From: Hemiscyllium ocellatum
Lineage: Eukaryota
DNA length: 64,000 nt
Assembly (NCBI RefSeq): GCF_020745735.1
Contig: NC_083426.1
Span: forward strand, 3,038,001-3,102,000
Reading direction: 5' to 3'
In this document: in pieces, positions 11,184 through 24,200 of the stretch
Layout: each line of letters begins with the position of its first letter
Numbering within the stretch: position 1 is the stretch's first letter
Notes under the pieces: model-generated
What the model was told of the DNA's origin: nothing
Databases searched by the model: none
Seen by the model: only the letters and a program-made list of their open reading frames with translations
Program-made: the position numbers and the translations under genes

Positions 11184-11385
11184 CTCCCTCACCCCCACCC
11201 TCCCCCCCCCCCACCCTCACCCCCCACCCTCCCCCCCACCCTCACCCCCCACCCTCCCCCCCCACCCTCACCCACACCCTCTCACCCCCACCCTCACCCC
11301 CACCCTCTCACCCCCTCACCCTCCCTCACCCCCACCCTCACCCCCACCCCCACCCTCACCCCCACCCTCACCCCCACCACCCCCT
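11184..11385. repeat. (CACCCT/CACCCC)n low-complexity repeat
   Basis: Seen directly. The same motif flanks the gap on the left (10760-10783). Confidence 0.95.
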
Positions 11386-11910
11386 TCACTCAGTAGGTAA
11401 CTGGGCGATGATGACAAGGGAGGGAGGGTTGATAGTGCTACCGAGAGCTGGGAGGTGAATGACCCTGGAATGGATAGAATGGTGGGTGTTAGTGGTGAGA
11501 TGGTTGTGGAAGGAGGATGTGAAATGAGGACTGGGAAGGTTATCAGAATGGGTGTAGTTGGGTTTTGTAGGTGGTTGATAAATGTGAAAGACAAAATAAT
11601 ATTGATAGACTGAGTACAAAATGCATTGCAGCTGGGGCAATCAAATAGGTAGATGACATGATTCGGAAAAATGCTGGAGATTAAATCCCTTCTTACTGTT
11701 ATATCTAGTTTATTTATTCAATAAGTGGTGTTGCTTTCTCATATTCCTGCTCTTTGTAATGATCTGTATCTGCAATATTTAATTTGCAACTGCAGGATTG
11801 CAATTATAATGCTGTGGAGACTACTCAGTATGCACAAGCACAAGTCACTCGATACCAATCTCCCCACCTTCTTCCTGTCACCCTGCACGTTGTTTAGATA
11901 GGTCTAATTG

Positions 11911-12004
11911 ATGAAAATGTGTTGCTGGTCAAAGCACAGCAGGCCAGGCAGCATCTCAGGAATAGAGAATTTGACGTTTCAAGTAACCCTAACCCTAACC
12001 CTAA
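11911..12004 (-). mobile_element. Truncated family A Penelope end with (TTAGGG)3 at its 5' junction
   Basis: Arm at 11911-11983 and TAACCC x3 at 11984-12001. Direct repeat ctaattg at 11904-11910 and 12001-12007. Confidence 0.85.
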
Positions 12005-13339
12005 TTGCTCCATGTTTGTCTTGTAGCATATTCTCTAATTGCTGCAATCACCTTATCCTTAAAGTGGAGTTTGAGTTGCTAATCTGCTTGTTTTATTTTA
12101 ATTACCTCAATGTTCTGTTTTCTATCACTTCAAAGTCAGAATGTTTTTCCAGCTCAAACTTGTCTCATTGCCTTATTCTCTGCCAAATGCAGAGTGCCGC
12201 TATGGTTTAGGTAAAAAGTATGTCCTCTTCTCAATGGGTACAGTAACTTTTTTTTATATATTACTGGACAAATGCTCCATTGTGGGGAATGTGTTCTGAC
12301 CAATCATCAGGTGAAATCCAGCAGTTGCTGAAGCTTCTAAATTTATAGAATTGACACAGGAAGAGGCTATTTGATCTGTGCTGGCTGTCCACAAAACAAT
12401 TCAGGGAACCCTGTTTCTCCATTCTGTTAGCTCTGCAGGTTTAATTCAAGTTGTAATTTACTTTTTTAGTTCTGTACATTTGTGGGATGTGTGTTTCACT
12501 GGCTGGGCCAGCGCATGTTGCCTATCCCTGGTTGACCTTAAGGTGGTGCTCAGCTGCATTGTTGAGCTGCTGCAAAGCATTCTGTGTTGGTATACACAAT
12601 GCGGTTAGGGAGTGGAGTCCTAAGATTTGGCGTCAGTATCTGAGATGTTGCAAATGGTGTTGAACATTGTGTAATCATCAGCAAGCATACACACTTCTGA
12701 CCACATGACAGAAAGAAGCTCATTGATGTAGCAAATGACACGTTCTTGAGGAATTCCAGAGATCTTATGCAATACAGGACGAACTAGCCACTTGGATACA
12801 AAACTGGCTCAAAGGTAGAAGACAGAGAGTGGTGGTGGAGGTTGTTTTTCAGACTGGAGGCCTGTGACCAGTGAAATGCCACAAGGATCGGTGCTGGGCC
12901 ATATACTTTTTGTCACTTACATAAATGATTTGGATGCGAGCATAAGAGGTACAGTGAGTATGTTTGCAGATGACACCAAAATTGGAGGTGTAGTGGACAG
13001 TGAAGAGGGTTACCCCAGATTACAACAAGATCTGGACCAGATGGGCCAATGGGCTGAGAAGTGGCAGATGGAGTTTAATTCATATAAATGAGAGGTGCTG
13101 CATTTTGGGAAAGCAAATCAGAGCAGGACTTATACACTTAATGGTAAGGTCCTAGGGAGTGTTGCCTGAGCAAAGAGACCTTGGAGTGCAGGTTCACAGC
13201 TCCTTGAAAGTGGAGTCACAGGTAGATAGGATAGTGAAGAAGGTGTTTGGTATGCCTTCCTTTCTTGGTCAGAGTATTGAGTACAGGAGTTGGGAGGTCA
13301 TGTTGCGGCCACAAGACATTGGTTAGGCCACTGTCTTGT

Positions 13340-13478
13340 GAATTGGCTATTCCAAATTGCCCATAGTGTTAGGTAAAGGGGTAAGCGTAGGGGTATGAGT
13401 GGGTTGCGCTTCGGCGGGTCGGTGTGGACTTGTTGGGCCGAAGGGCCTGTTTCCACACTGTAAGTAATCTAATCTAAT
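13340..13478 (+). mobile_element. HE1-type SINE 3' half
   Basis: Tail gggccgaagggcctgtttccacactgtaagtaatctaatct. Confidence 0.75.
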
Positions 13479-13489
13479 AAAATAAAACA

Positions 13490-14920
13490 TTCGATCTTCT
13501 GTAATTACACCGGCACCACTCCCCACCACTTCCTCCGCTACATTGATGACTGCATTGGCGCCACCTCGTGCTCCCACGAGGAGGTTGAGCAATTCATCAA
13601 CTTCACCAACACATTCCACCCTGTCCTTAAATTTACCTGGACCATCTCTGACACCTCCCTCCCCTTCCTGGACCTCTCCATCTCCATTAATGACGACCGA
13701 CTTGACTGACATTTTTTGCAAACCCACCGACTCCCACAGCCACCTGGATTACACCTCTTCCCACCCTACCACTTGCAAAAATGCCATCCTGTATTCCCAA
13801 TTCCTCCGCCTCCGCTGTATCTGCTCCCAGGAGGATCAGTTCCACCACAGAACACACCAGATGGCAGCCTCCTTTAGAGACCGCAATTTTCCTTCCCTCG
13901 TGGTTAAAGATGCCCTCCAACACATCTCGTCCACATCCCGCACCTCCGCCCTCAGACCCCACCCCTCCAACTGTAACAAGGACAACGCCCCTGATGCTCA
14001 CCTTCCACCCTACCAACCTTCGCATAAACCAAATCATCCGCCGACACTTCCGCCACCTCCAAAAAGACCCCACCACCAGGGACATATTTCCTTCCCCACC
14101 CCTTTCTGCCTTCCGCAAAGACCGTTCCCTCCGTGACTACCTGGTCAGGTCCACGCCACCCCCCCCCCCCCCACCCCCCCCCCCCCCCAAACCCACCTTC
14201 CCATCCCTGCAATTTCCCCTCCCACCGCAGGAGCTGCCAAACCTGTGCCCACACCTCCTCCCTCACCTCCATCCAAGGCCCTAAAGGAGCCTTCTACATC
14301 CATCAAAGTTTTACCTGCACATCCACTAATATCATTCATTATATCTGTTGCTCCCGATGCAGTCTCCTCTACATTGGGGAGACTGGGCACCTCCTAGCAG
14401 AGCGCTTTAGGGAACATCTCCGGGTCAACCACACTGCCCTGTGGCCCAACATTTCAACTCCCCCTCTCACTCTGCCAAGGACATGGAGTCCTGGGCCTCC
14501 TTCACCGCCGCTCCCTCACCACCAGACGCCTGGAGGAAGAACGCCTCATCTTCCGCCTCGGAACACTTCAACCCCAGGGCATCAATGTGGACTTCAACCG
14601 TTTCCTCATTTCCCCTTCCCCCTACCTCACCCCAGTTCCAAACTTCCAGCTCAGCTCTGTCCCCATGACTTGTCCTACCTGCCTATCTTCTTTTCCACCT
14701 ATCCACTCCACCCTCCTCCCTGACCTTCATCCCCTCCCCCACTCACCTATTGTACTCCATGCTACTTTCTCCCCACCCCCACCCTCCTCTAGCTTATCTC
14801 TCCACCCTTCAGGCTCTCTGCCTTTATTCCTGATGAAGGGCTTTTGCCCGAAATATCAATTTTGCTGCTGCTCGGATGCTGCCTGAACTGCTGTGCTCTT
14901 CCAGCACCACTAATCCAAAA
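13490..14920 (+). mobile_element. Penelope-like retroelement, 5'-truncated and frameshifted (parent type of family A)
   Basis: RT motif FLRYIDDC (about 13530-13555), 'KPTDSHSHLDYTSSHP', GIY-YIG 'LLYIGETG..RFREH', and a 3' terminus with a family A hammerhead. Confidence 0.9.
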
Positions 14921-14944
14921 TCTGTTTGACTTGTCCTATATTAG

Positions 14945-15278
14945 TAGTGTTGTCCCTATTATTATAGCACAAGCCAAACAGAACAGCCAGGGAATTCCTA
15001 GAGGCATGGCACTCATCCAGATTCAATCAGTAAACACATCGACCTGGACCCAATATACCGACCACTGCAGCGGGCAGCTGGAACTGACAACTGGAAGCGG
15101 CAGATTCAAACCACTACAAATGGTGGAGGAAAGGTCACAGAAGCGCTTCACAGGAGGCTCCCAAGCACTGAGGATGTCACCTATTCAGGGGACGAAACGT
15201 CTGTAACACAAATTCCCAGCTCGGTGAACAGAACCACAACAACAAGTACCCGAGCTACAAACCTTCTCTCAAAGTTTG
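14945..15278 (+). mobile_element. Penelope-like 3' fragment (family B)
   Basis: Homologous to 54480-54839 and 39389-39713. Contains a hammerhead. Confidence 0.85.
15165..15204 (+). ncRNA. Minimal hammerhead motif (family B), sense in CYB561D1 intron 1
   Basis: GCA-CTGAGGA-T-GTCACC tattca GGGGAC-GAAAC-GTC-TGT. A related copy is at 39463-39502 (-). Confidence 0.7.
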
Positions 15279-16109
15279 AGTGAAGAAGGTGTTTGGTATG
15301 CTTTCCTTTATTGGTCAGAGTATTGAGTACAGGAGTTGGGAGGTCATGTTGCAGCTGTACATTGGTTAGGCCACTGTTGGAATCTTGCGTGCAATTCTGG
15401 TCTCCTTTCTATTGGAAAGATGTTGTGAAACATGAAAGGGTTCAGTAAAGATTTACAAGGATGTTGCCAGGGTTGGAGGATTTGAGCTACAGGGAGAGGC
15501 TGAACAGGCAGGAGCTGTTTTCCCTGGAGCGTCGGAGGCTGAGGGGTGACCTTAGAGGATTACAAAGTTATGAGGGGCATGGATAGGATAAATAGACAAA
15601 GTCTTTTCCCTGGGGTCGGGGAGTCCAGAGCTAGAGGGCATAGGTTTAGGGTGAGAGGGGAAAGATATAAAAGAGACCTAAGGGGCAAGGTTTTCATGCA
15701 GAGGGTGGTACGTGTATGGAATGAGCTGCCAGAGGATGTGGTGGAGGCTGGTACAGTTGCAACATTTAAGAGGCATTTGGATGGGTATATGAATAGGAAG
15801 GGTTTGGAGGGATATGGGCCGGGTGCTGGGAGGTGGGACTAGATTGGGTTGGGATATCTGGTTGGCAAGGGCAGGTTGGACCGAAGGGTCTGTTTCCATG
15901 CTGTACATCTGAGTCTGACATCACCAACCCAAGGAATCTCGAGCATATAAGTAGAAAGCCTCACCACTGGTGCTTCACCTGGAGGCTCACTAATGTTACC
16001 TTGTATGGTGATGAAACAGCTGAAAGCAAACCTTCCAGCTCAGTGAGCAAACTACATCCCATGCCTACTTATATCCACATTCTTGAATGATTAAAACAAA
16101 AATAGTTTT

Positions 16110-16395
16110 TAGATTAGATTCCCTACAGTGTGGAAACAGGCCCTTTGGCCCAACGAGTCCACACTGACCCGCCAAAGTGTAACCCACCCAGACCCATTTC
16201 CCTCTAAATGACACACTTAACAGTATGGACAATTCACCTGATCTGCACATCTTTGGACTATGGGAGGAAACCGGAGGAAACCCATGCAGACACGGGGAGA
16301 ATGTCTGTGTGGAGTTTGCGCAGTCACCCGAGGCTGGAAGTGAACCTGGAACCCTGGTACTGTGAGGCTACAGCGCTCACCACTGAGCCACAGTG
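16110..16395 (-). mobile_element. HE1-type tRNA-derived SINE
   Basis: Reverse complement of the gtggctcagtgg..(A box) head and gggcctgtttccacactgt tail. Confidence 0.8.
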
Positions 16396-17253
16396 TTTTC
16401 AAATCTGAAACCCTCCTGCGTGATATTCTGTTTTGAATTGGTACTTGGAAAAGGCATGAATTGAGATGAAATGATGTGGTAGAGGGAATGAAGATTTGGC
16501 AGGAAGGGACTGAGCATAAAGCTTCCCCTTCTATTAGCTCCCGAGGAGGTCACATACAGATTAAAGTTTTCTTCTAACGTAATAGTTCACAAACTGAAAG
16601 CATGTTCCTACTTCTGTGTCCTATTTCCAAATCCCACGAGTCATCTTTGTAGCACTCCCAGATAATGGGAAGTGTTGTATGTGCATTTTTCTGTCTGTAA
16701 AAACCAGATTTTGCTACGCAAGAGGTTTTAGATAGATAAAGAGAACACATTTGCTGTCAGCTGGTTCACTCCCGACTTCTATCTCCTTTTCTGGTGCTAG
16801 TCACTGTGCCCAGAGCAGTACTGACTATTGATTTAACTTAATTAAGTTGGTAATGTCAATGGGCCAATAATTCAGAGCCTTAAGTTAATGGACTAGTTTA
16901 AATCAAAGCAGCTAGAAACTCTAATGATTGTGAAATTCCCATTTATTGTTGCATAAACCTGGTTCACTCATTTTCTTTAGGGAAGGTAGTCTGCTGTTCT
17001 TATTGAAGGTCAGACTGGGTATCTCCAGATCCACAATGATGTGGTTAGCGACCCTCTGGAAATAGGCTGAGTGTGGTATTCAATTTAAGTGCAGTTAGGG
17101 ATGGGCAGCAAGAGCTGAAAGAGTAGAGAATCACAGTTAGAATAGCATCCAGACAGTGTCTTTCACAACACGTCAAACATTATTTTATTATTCTGGCTTG
17201 TCTCAATGCTGCACTTGTGAATGTTCACCCTCTGAATATCTGCTCTTTTCCAG

Positions 17254-17291
17254 GTCGTTTCTCTTGGCACCCAGCTTGCATGACTACAGCT
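17254..17291 (+). CDS. CYB561D1: CYB561D1 coding exon 2 (38 nt; (S)RFSWHPACMTTA)
   Basis: Acceptor tgctcttttccag|GT and donor |GTAAGT. Contains the FSWHP heme-ligand motif. Phases 1 and 0 fit the flanking exons. Not visible in the ORF track in this frame. Confidence 0.95.
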
Positions 17292-18289
17292 GTAAGTGTT
17301 ACGCTTTGTAGCCCGCAGATAATTTGAAACAGAAATATTCCAGTGCTCTGAAATAAAGAAAAGAATATTTAATGTACTGATTAATTCAGTGAATTTCTTT
17401 TGTGTGCAGTTATTGCAACGTGCAGATTTTACCTTTTCTGTAGGAGTGTCATTGAGGTCTACAGCAAGGATCCCAGAATCCTTGTACCACTTGTGAAATT
17501 TCAATCCTGTTCCCATCCTGAGTTAATAACTAGAAGGGTCTTGGGATTTGGTTTTAATTTTGCTTTATCCACCAGTAAGGTATTGACGGGACTCCCTTTC
17601 CAAACCAAACTGGGTACTGAATTCTCAGGCAGACCTTTAAATGAGTACAAACAGACCATTGTTACATGTGTGTGAAGACCAGGGGTGCAGACCTTGGGGC
17701 CTGCTGGTTTTGAACCTGTACAGATGTGGAGTGACTCTTAATGAGAATATTGTATCCTGTATATTGGATAAGCAAAATCTCACTTCTCTGAGGGAGCCCA
17801 AAAAGCCAGCTATCTGGTGAAAGAATAATGATTTTTCACAATGATTTTTGAAAGTTTCTCTGTCTGCGTACACTTTGTGCCAACTGTTCTTTTAGCAGTT
17901 TCAACGTTCACATTCATAATCACAGCTTCCTACTTAAACTGCTTGTATTCTCCTGATCTCTTAAATTATTGAAGTTGCAATCGTGAGTAGCAGGATTTAA
18001 CTCTCAGTGAGTGTGTAAATTTATAATTGATGCATCATAAGGCAAAAATGTTTGGCATTAAAATAGGACTAATTATATCTGTGTATTCTGTACTCTAACA
18101 CACCTGATAGTTATGAATAGTCTTGATTCCCGAAGCCCCTCTTGCTCTGCTCCTTAAAGCTGTATTGCTTGACCAAATTTTTGATCACCTGGTCTTAATT
18201 TGTGCCTCCATGTTAAATAGATTTAGTAAAGTTCCTGTGAGGGGCTTTGAGACTTTCACCTCATCAAAGATGTCAAATAAATTGTTAAA

Positions 18290-18421
18290 ACAGAAAGAAC
18301 TACAGATGCTGTAAATCAGAAACAAAAATAGAAATTGCTGGAAAAGCTCAGCAGGTCTAGCAGCACCCATGGAGAGAAATCAGAGCTAACGTTTCAGGTT
18401 GAGTAACCCTTCCTCAGAACC
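18290..18421 (-). mobile_element. Penelope-derived short element (family D)
   Basis: Similar copies at 31220-31355, 52045-52181 and about 55170-55400. Contains a hammerhead motif. Confidence 0.7.
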
Positions 18422-20744
18422 AAAAGAGATGGTCTATTTTAAAATTTAAAAAACATTAGGAACAGTGTGATGACACTGACAATTGTGACAGCAACGGTCT
18501 GTCTAACAAACCTTGCTTAATTCAAATCATGGGAGAAAGCTGGGAATTGGTGAATTCAGCCTCTGCTGATTGGAAAGAAATGGGTGGATTTCTGCCTCAA
18601 TTTATCTGATCTTTACTGGAAGGGGATTGAAATGCAAGGACAAGATGGACTTGTTACATTTGTGTAGGGTTTTTGGTGAAACGCAACTAATGTGCAATTT
18701 TGGACTCCATGTCAGGGAAGAATATGTTTTACATTGAAGGCAGTGCAGCAAAGTTTTACTGCATTGATGTGTCTGGATGATTGGCTGAGTAAATTGGTTC
18801 TCTACTCTGGTGTTTAAAAGAATGAGGTGATGTAACTGAAACATATTAGATGTTGACTGGACTCAAAAAGGTTAACACTTAGATTTGAACTCCTCTCTGG
18901 GGAATTTAGAACATGGGGACATTATCTTAGGATAAGTGGGCCAGCCATTTAGAATTGAGATGAGAAATGTCTTCACCCAAATTAACCTTTTGAATTATCC
19001 CCAAACATTCTGGATAATCAGTTCATATTTAAGGCTGAAATGGATGGGTTTTGGTTCCTTGGAGGAGGAAGGGGTTATGAGGAGCAGGCAGGGCATCAGC
19101 TGTGATTGCATCAAATGGGATGGAACAGCTAAAGGAGCTGTACACTTTTATTCCTTATGTTATTATCTCTGTTCGAGCTAATTTGGTGTCAGTGCTTGAA
19201 CACATTTTCCTTGATGCATGCATGAGCTGCTTTTATAAGGTGTAAGTGCAGTATTCCAACACTAATGTCAACAGCCCTTGCCTAATTGTTTTCCTAGATT
19301 CAGTAGAGCTGCTATTTCCCAAAAAAAGGCCATCTCTCACATTGGCCTTATTGGTTTTCCACAGGTACCCTTTACAAGTTGCAGCTACATGTGTGAAAGA
19401 TGTGCACTGAAAGTATGGACTGGTGTGACTTAGACATGGTCTACACTGGACTCTTGCGTTTGTTTCTTGGGACAGTGACTCTGTATGCCACGCTTCCCAG
19501 CTCCCACTGAATGCTTCTCTTCACAAATATACATGGATTTCATTAGAGCAAGATGTCTGGAGTACAAGCAAGCAGCTCTCTGCTTTCCCCTAACTGTATT
19601 GCATAGACTTAAACATATACTAATTTGACAAACCTGTAAATCATGGATCGTGAAAGATGGGACTTTCACATAATGCAGAGTTGTGTTGATGTTGTCAGTT
19701 GCGTTTTCCTGAGTCAGGTTGATGTGTAGGCATAGAACATTCTTCCAAGAAGTGGCTCGGTTCTCTGCTTTCAAAGGGAAGCAGTTGTCATTTACCTAGG
19801 GAGGTGTGAAATTATGGATGTCATTTGGAGATGGCCACAGCTGTAATAACCATTGTGAATCTCGTGACCTGATGTGGTGGCACCAGTCCTAGCAGTGCTC
19901 CATTGAATTAACAGTGAACATAAATGCAGAACACAGGCCACTCTGTCACTTTGCAGTAACTGTGACAGTTGTGGCACTGTTGGAAATCAGGTTACCTCAT
20001 GGCTTCTACCAGAGCAGAAAAGGAAATGTTAATTATGGTTTAGCAATTTATTTCATAAAATTTGGATAATGAAAAGCTCAGTTTGTGTTGGAACGTTCAG
20101 TTCATGAAAGGCTGCAATAGCAAGCGGTGTGCAAGTTTGCTTTGGTGAAAACTAAGGTTTTTAATTCCTTTTCCTCACTCTAGCTGTTGCTGGCATGTGG
20201 AAAAAAATCTCCTGTTTCTGCACAAAGAAATAACCAAGGGTCTATGTGATCCTTGTTGGGTTATGGCAACTTCCATATAGACTGAAGGAGCACTAGGTCC
20301 AATTGTTGCTCGAAGCCAATCTGGTCCAGTTGAGGAATTATTGGTGATTCCTATGAGAAATGTGCAACTTGTTGGTATCGGTTAAAGGCAGAATCAGTCC
20401 CATCAGTCATGGCCTGGCGATGAGTTTATGGAATTCTCTACAGTGTGGAAGCAGGCCGCTCGGCCCGTCGAGTGCACACCGATCCTCTGAAGAGCATCCC
20501 ATCCCCCTATCAGCCCAGCCCCCAGAGTTAGGATTTTAAGAGAAAGACATTTTGGGAGTGAATCTTGGATTTTAGGGGTCTTGGCAGTTGAAGGCATGGC
20601 AGTCAGTAGTGGATTGCTGAGGATCAGGGATGCTGAAAGGATAAGAATACAGCAATGAATTGTCAGTCTAACCCCATAGCAACCTGACATCAAGGTTGGG
20701 TTGAAGTTGATTTCATTGACTTTGTGCCTGTTTTGTTTTTCCAG

Positions 20745-21248
20745 GTTTGTTTTTGTATGACTGAGGCCATTCTGACCTTTTCACTGGACAGTTCACCCTT
20801 CTTCTTTTGTTCGATTAAAGCCAAGGTACGAATTCACTGGATGATGCAAGTCTTTGCCGCCATTTTTGGCTCAGTCGGTCTTATCTTCATTGTCTCCAGC
20901 AAGAACATCTCCGAGTCCCTGCACCTGACCTCGTGGCACAGCTTCCTTGGCCTAGGGACTGTGATCGCGGTCTGTGGCCAGCTACTGTGCGGACTCTTCC
21001 TTTTGTTTCCACAATTAATTAACACTTACTCTGTGGCCCGGCTGCGGCTTTATCATGCTACATGTGGTTTGGTGACTTATCTGATGGCCACAGCTACAGT
21101 GGTACTGGGTCTGTGCTCAGATTGGTTCAAATCCCAGGTTAACGGGGTTTTGTGGTACATTTGTTTGATTGTACCAGTAATTCCAGCTCTCGTCATCATG
21201 AACCAAATCAACAATGGCTACCTCTCCAAGAAGAAAATAGAGATTTAA
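20745..21248 (+). CDS. CYB561D1: CYB561D1 coding exon 3 (VCFCMTEAIL...YLSKKKIEI*)
   Basis: Polypyrimidine acceptor ttttgtttttccag|GTT. Contains the remaining heme His motifs (RIHW, SWHS, LYH). C-terminus resembles human YLPRKKMEM. Adjacent to AMIGO1. Spliced CDS 711 nt = 236 aa. Confidence 0.95.
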   Translation, partial: VCFCMTEAILTFSLDSSPFFFCSIKAKVRIHWMMQVFAAIFGSVGLIFIVSSKNISESLHLTSWHSFLGLGTVIAVCGQLLCGLFLLFPQLINTYSVARLRLYHATCGLVTYLMATATVVLGLCSDWFKSQVNGVLWYICLIVPVIPALVIMNQINNGYLSKKKIEI

Positions 21249-24200
21249 TGTGTCACTGTTAACAGTTATTGCCGCAGGCAGTGTGAACACCACCTCTGTT
21301 AGACCAAATAAGAATGAACTTGAAACCTTATGTGAAGCTGGCAAAGTAATTCAGCAATTGATTGGCCTGAGCAAATCACTTTCTCACTTGAACAAGCTTT
21401 TAAAAATCTTTAGTACTGTATTTTCACCATTGATTCCACATTTGGCTGGGTGGCAACTGGGAATCACTGCTGGTTTTGGCAAATTGCTGCCTTTCTGCTC
21501 ACTGTAGGCTCTGATAATTGCAATTTTAATTGCTAATGGGGGCAATTGATTTTTAAGTTAAGGATCAGATGGATATAAACAAGCATCTTTGTGAATTGCT
21601 GTTTGGGCATTGCTGCTGTGCATTGGGAGGGTGACTATATGCTTGATGTTTCTAAGCACCTTGAACACACTATATTACATGAGAGTTGCAAAACCTTTGC
21701 GGCAGAGGGAGAAGGAATCTAGTCAACTGGATCGCTCGGTTTGCTACACTGTACTGCCTGTCAAAATATAGCAAATATTTAAAATCACAAAGTGCAGCAA
21801 CATATGCCGATTTATTTTTATATATTTGTATAACTGTTAACAGTGAAAATGGAAATGCTCTAATGATTATATTGCTCTTAGGATAAATATGCAGTGCTGC
21901 ATCTCAAATAATTCTTTAAGTTGTTGCAATCTGAGGTTTCTGATTCTTTGCACCATCTCTAGAGCTTCGTTACAGATATAATCAATCCTGTGAATAATCA
22001 AGTTGTAAAATTACATTCGTGAACTTTGTTCAGGCCTCTCTGCTCCTTTTAGGGAATGAATAAGGTTTGTGATTAGCTCATGTGTGAGTGTGTCCAATAA
22101 TGTTATACTCATTTGTTGTGCTGCATGTGATTTTATTCTCCAGTAGCTTGGTTTTGTTACAAATTTCAGGATCTAAAAAAAATCTATTTCTTCAAGCAGC
22201 CTAATAGAACTTAAACTTAGGCACTGGAATTAATTGGATTGTCAGAAGGAGTCATCCACCATGATCTAAAGTATGTTCCAGCTACAGTCAAGGCAGGGAG
22301 AGAGTGGGAGTTATCAATTAGATCTAATTAAGGAGTTCAGAGGGTTTATATGTAGAATAATGGATATCTAGAAACAAGTTACAGATTGTAATATATCAGT
22401 AATTGGAATTATATGTAGAGCAACAAAAATCTGGAAATGAGTTACAGCTTGGATTGTTGAAGTTGAATGTGCAGTTCATGCCACATTTGATTAAGTAAAT
22501 CAATAGCTGGGCAATAATGTTTGTTGGAACTTATCAAGTCTTTAATTATAGAGCTTAACTCAATGTATTGCTGAAATTGCACAGACTGGTTTAGAGAGCG
22601 AGTGCATCACTGCTGGAATTGAGATCCTAGTACCTGGAATTCCAGGTCTAGGCAGTGAAAAGGATGACCATCTCAATTCAGTTTCTGATGTGCCACAACT
22701 CAGGCTTGATTCTACTTTCATCCCTGTGTGCTTAGCTGATCTAGAAAATGGGAATGGTGCAATTGTATGCGAAGGTATACTTTTTTGTTTGGAGCTTTAT
22801 TGAAAAATGAAAGACCTCAGTTGTACTGAGTTTATTTGTCCATGAATTGGGCAGTGAGTATGCTTGCCATTGCCTTGTTTTCAGCAATAACTCCTGTACT
22901 ATATTAATGACCAAACTTTTCCAGAAATTTAAACTATGCAGTCAATATCCTGGACTGTCAGGCATTTTGAAATTGCTTTTTTTTTTACTTGATATTTTAT
23001 ATCTAATTAGCTGCAAATGCTAAGTTGGTCCGAAAGGTTGCAGGATTTTTTTTTAAACAAAAGGTCTGGTTTCTGATCTAGCTTTAGTTGTACCAGTGTT
23101 GAATCTTGGCTATATTGTATGTGGCTCAGTAATTTCATTTTATGCATGATTGGAGAGGAATTAACCATCGTGCCCATTTTACTTTTCTGTATTATGAGGA
23201 TCCTTTATTCTCACAGGCAGCTTTGTTCTCTTGCAATGTCTATTTACTGGCACCAGAGGTTGTAGTTCCCCAGGATTTTAAACGAGGCTTGAATGTCACT
23301 TACATTCAAGTAACATTGTTGTATGAACCTCTCACTTTGCCCCTACTTTGTAATGATTTTTGAATGAATGCAATCAAATAATGATCCTTTATCTGATCTG
23401 TACACTTTCCAAATAATGGGGTTACTTGAAAAATCGCAACAGCCTAAAAATGTGCAGAAAATGGGCATAGTTTCAAGCAGATTGAATGCTTGTTTGAATA
23501 TGGGGCAGATGTTACTCTGTTGGAAGCGAAACCTTTCTTAGAATGTTTGATTGCTGTCCCTGCCATTGCCCTTCTCTAATACCTAAAGGCCACATGACTT
23601 ACCCAGTCTGATGTTTGCAATGGGACCTTATAATACAGTTGAAGTGGTTTGCTGGTGATGTCAAACAGGCATTGTTCTGTTGGCTCATCCTGAGCTATAT
23701 CCTCCAACAGTACTTAATAAATAGCACCAGCTATAGCTTCTCCATCATTAACAAAGGTTTTCAACTTTTTCTTTCAAGTTTGATCCTCAGTGAATAGTAA
23801 GGGTACTGTACATACATGTTTAATGGACTCATGGTGCATATGATCTTTAATTAAAGTCAGCCGGTCCACTTATAAGCTTCTATGTTTAAGGAAGTTGCAG
23901 GCAGGCTAAGCACAACCCCAATTTTTATAATGTGCAGTTTATACGCCAGTTCTTTAATCAGGCTATTGAATTGCATTTCAGATTGTCAGACTTCACACAG
24001 CAATCAATGAAGCACTTCAATGCGGCACTAGCTTATCAGGCAGGATTATGCACTGCACGCTTTGTTCAGTTTGTAAGGTGGCGAGAATCCCAAATGAGAT
24101 GGGTCCTTCAGCTGACTTTAATTCTTCCAATGTGCCCCCTAATGTCTTCACAATCCCCCCCCCTCCCCAAATATACCGCTGGCTTGAGCACCTAGTTGCA

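Larger units (their letters stand above)
12745..15910 (+). mobile_element. CR1 LINE pieces (12745-13333 and 15280-15910) flanking nested insertions
   Basis: PQGSVLG/FADD peptides and C-terminal 'RVWNELPEDVVEAGT...GRWD'. Confidence 0.9.

Noticed and set aside
10295-11400. Long ORFs spanning the N gap
   Set aside because: Artefacts of Ns and the CACCCY repeat. Only 10569-10737 is coding.
20724-20744. ORF-track start for the CYB561D1 last exon
   Set aside because: This is the intron polypyrimidine tract. The exon starts at 20745.
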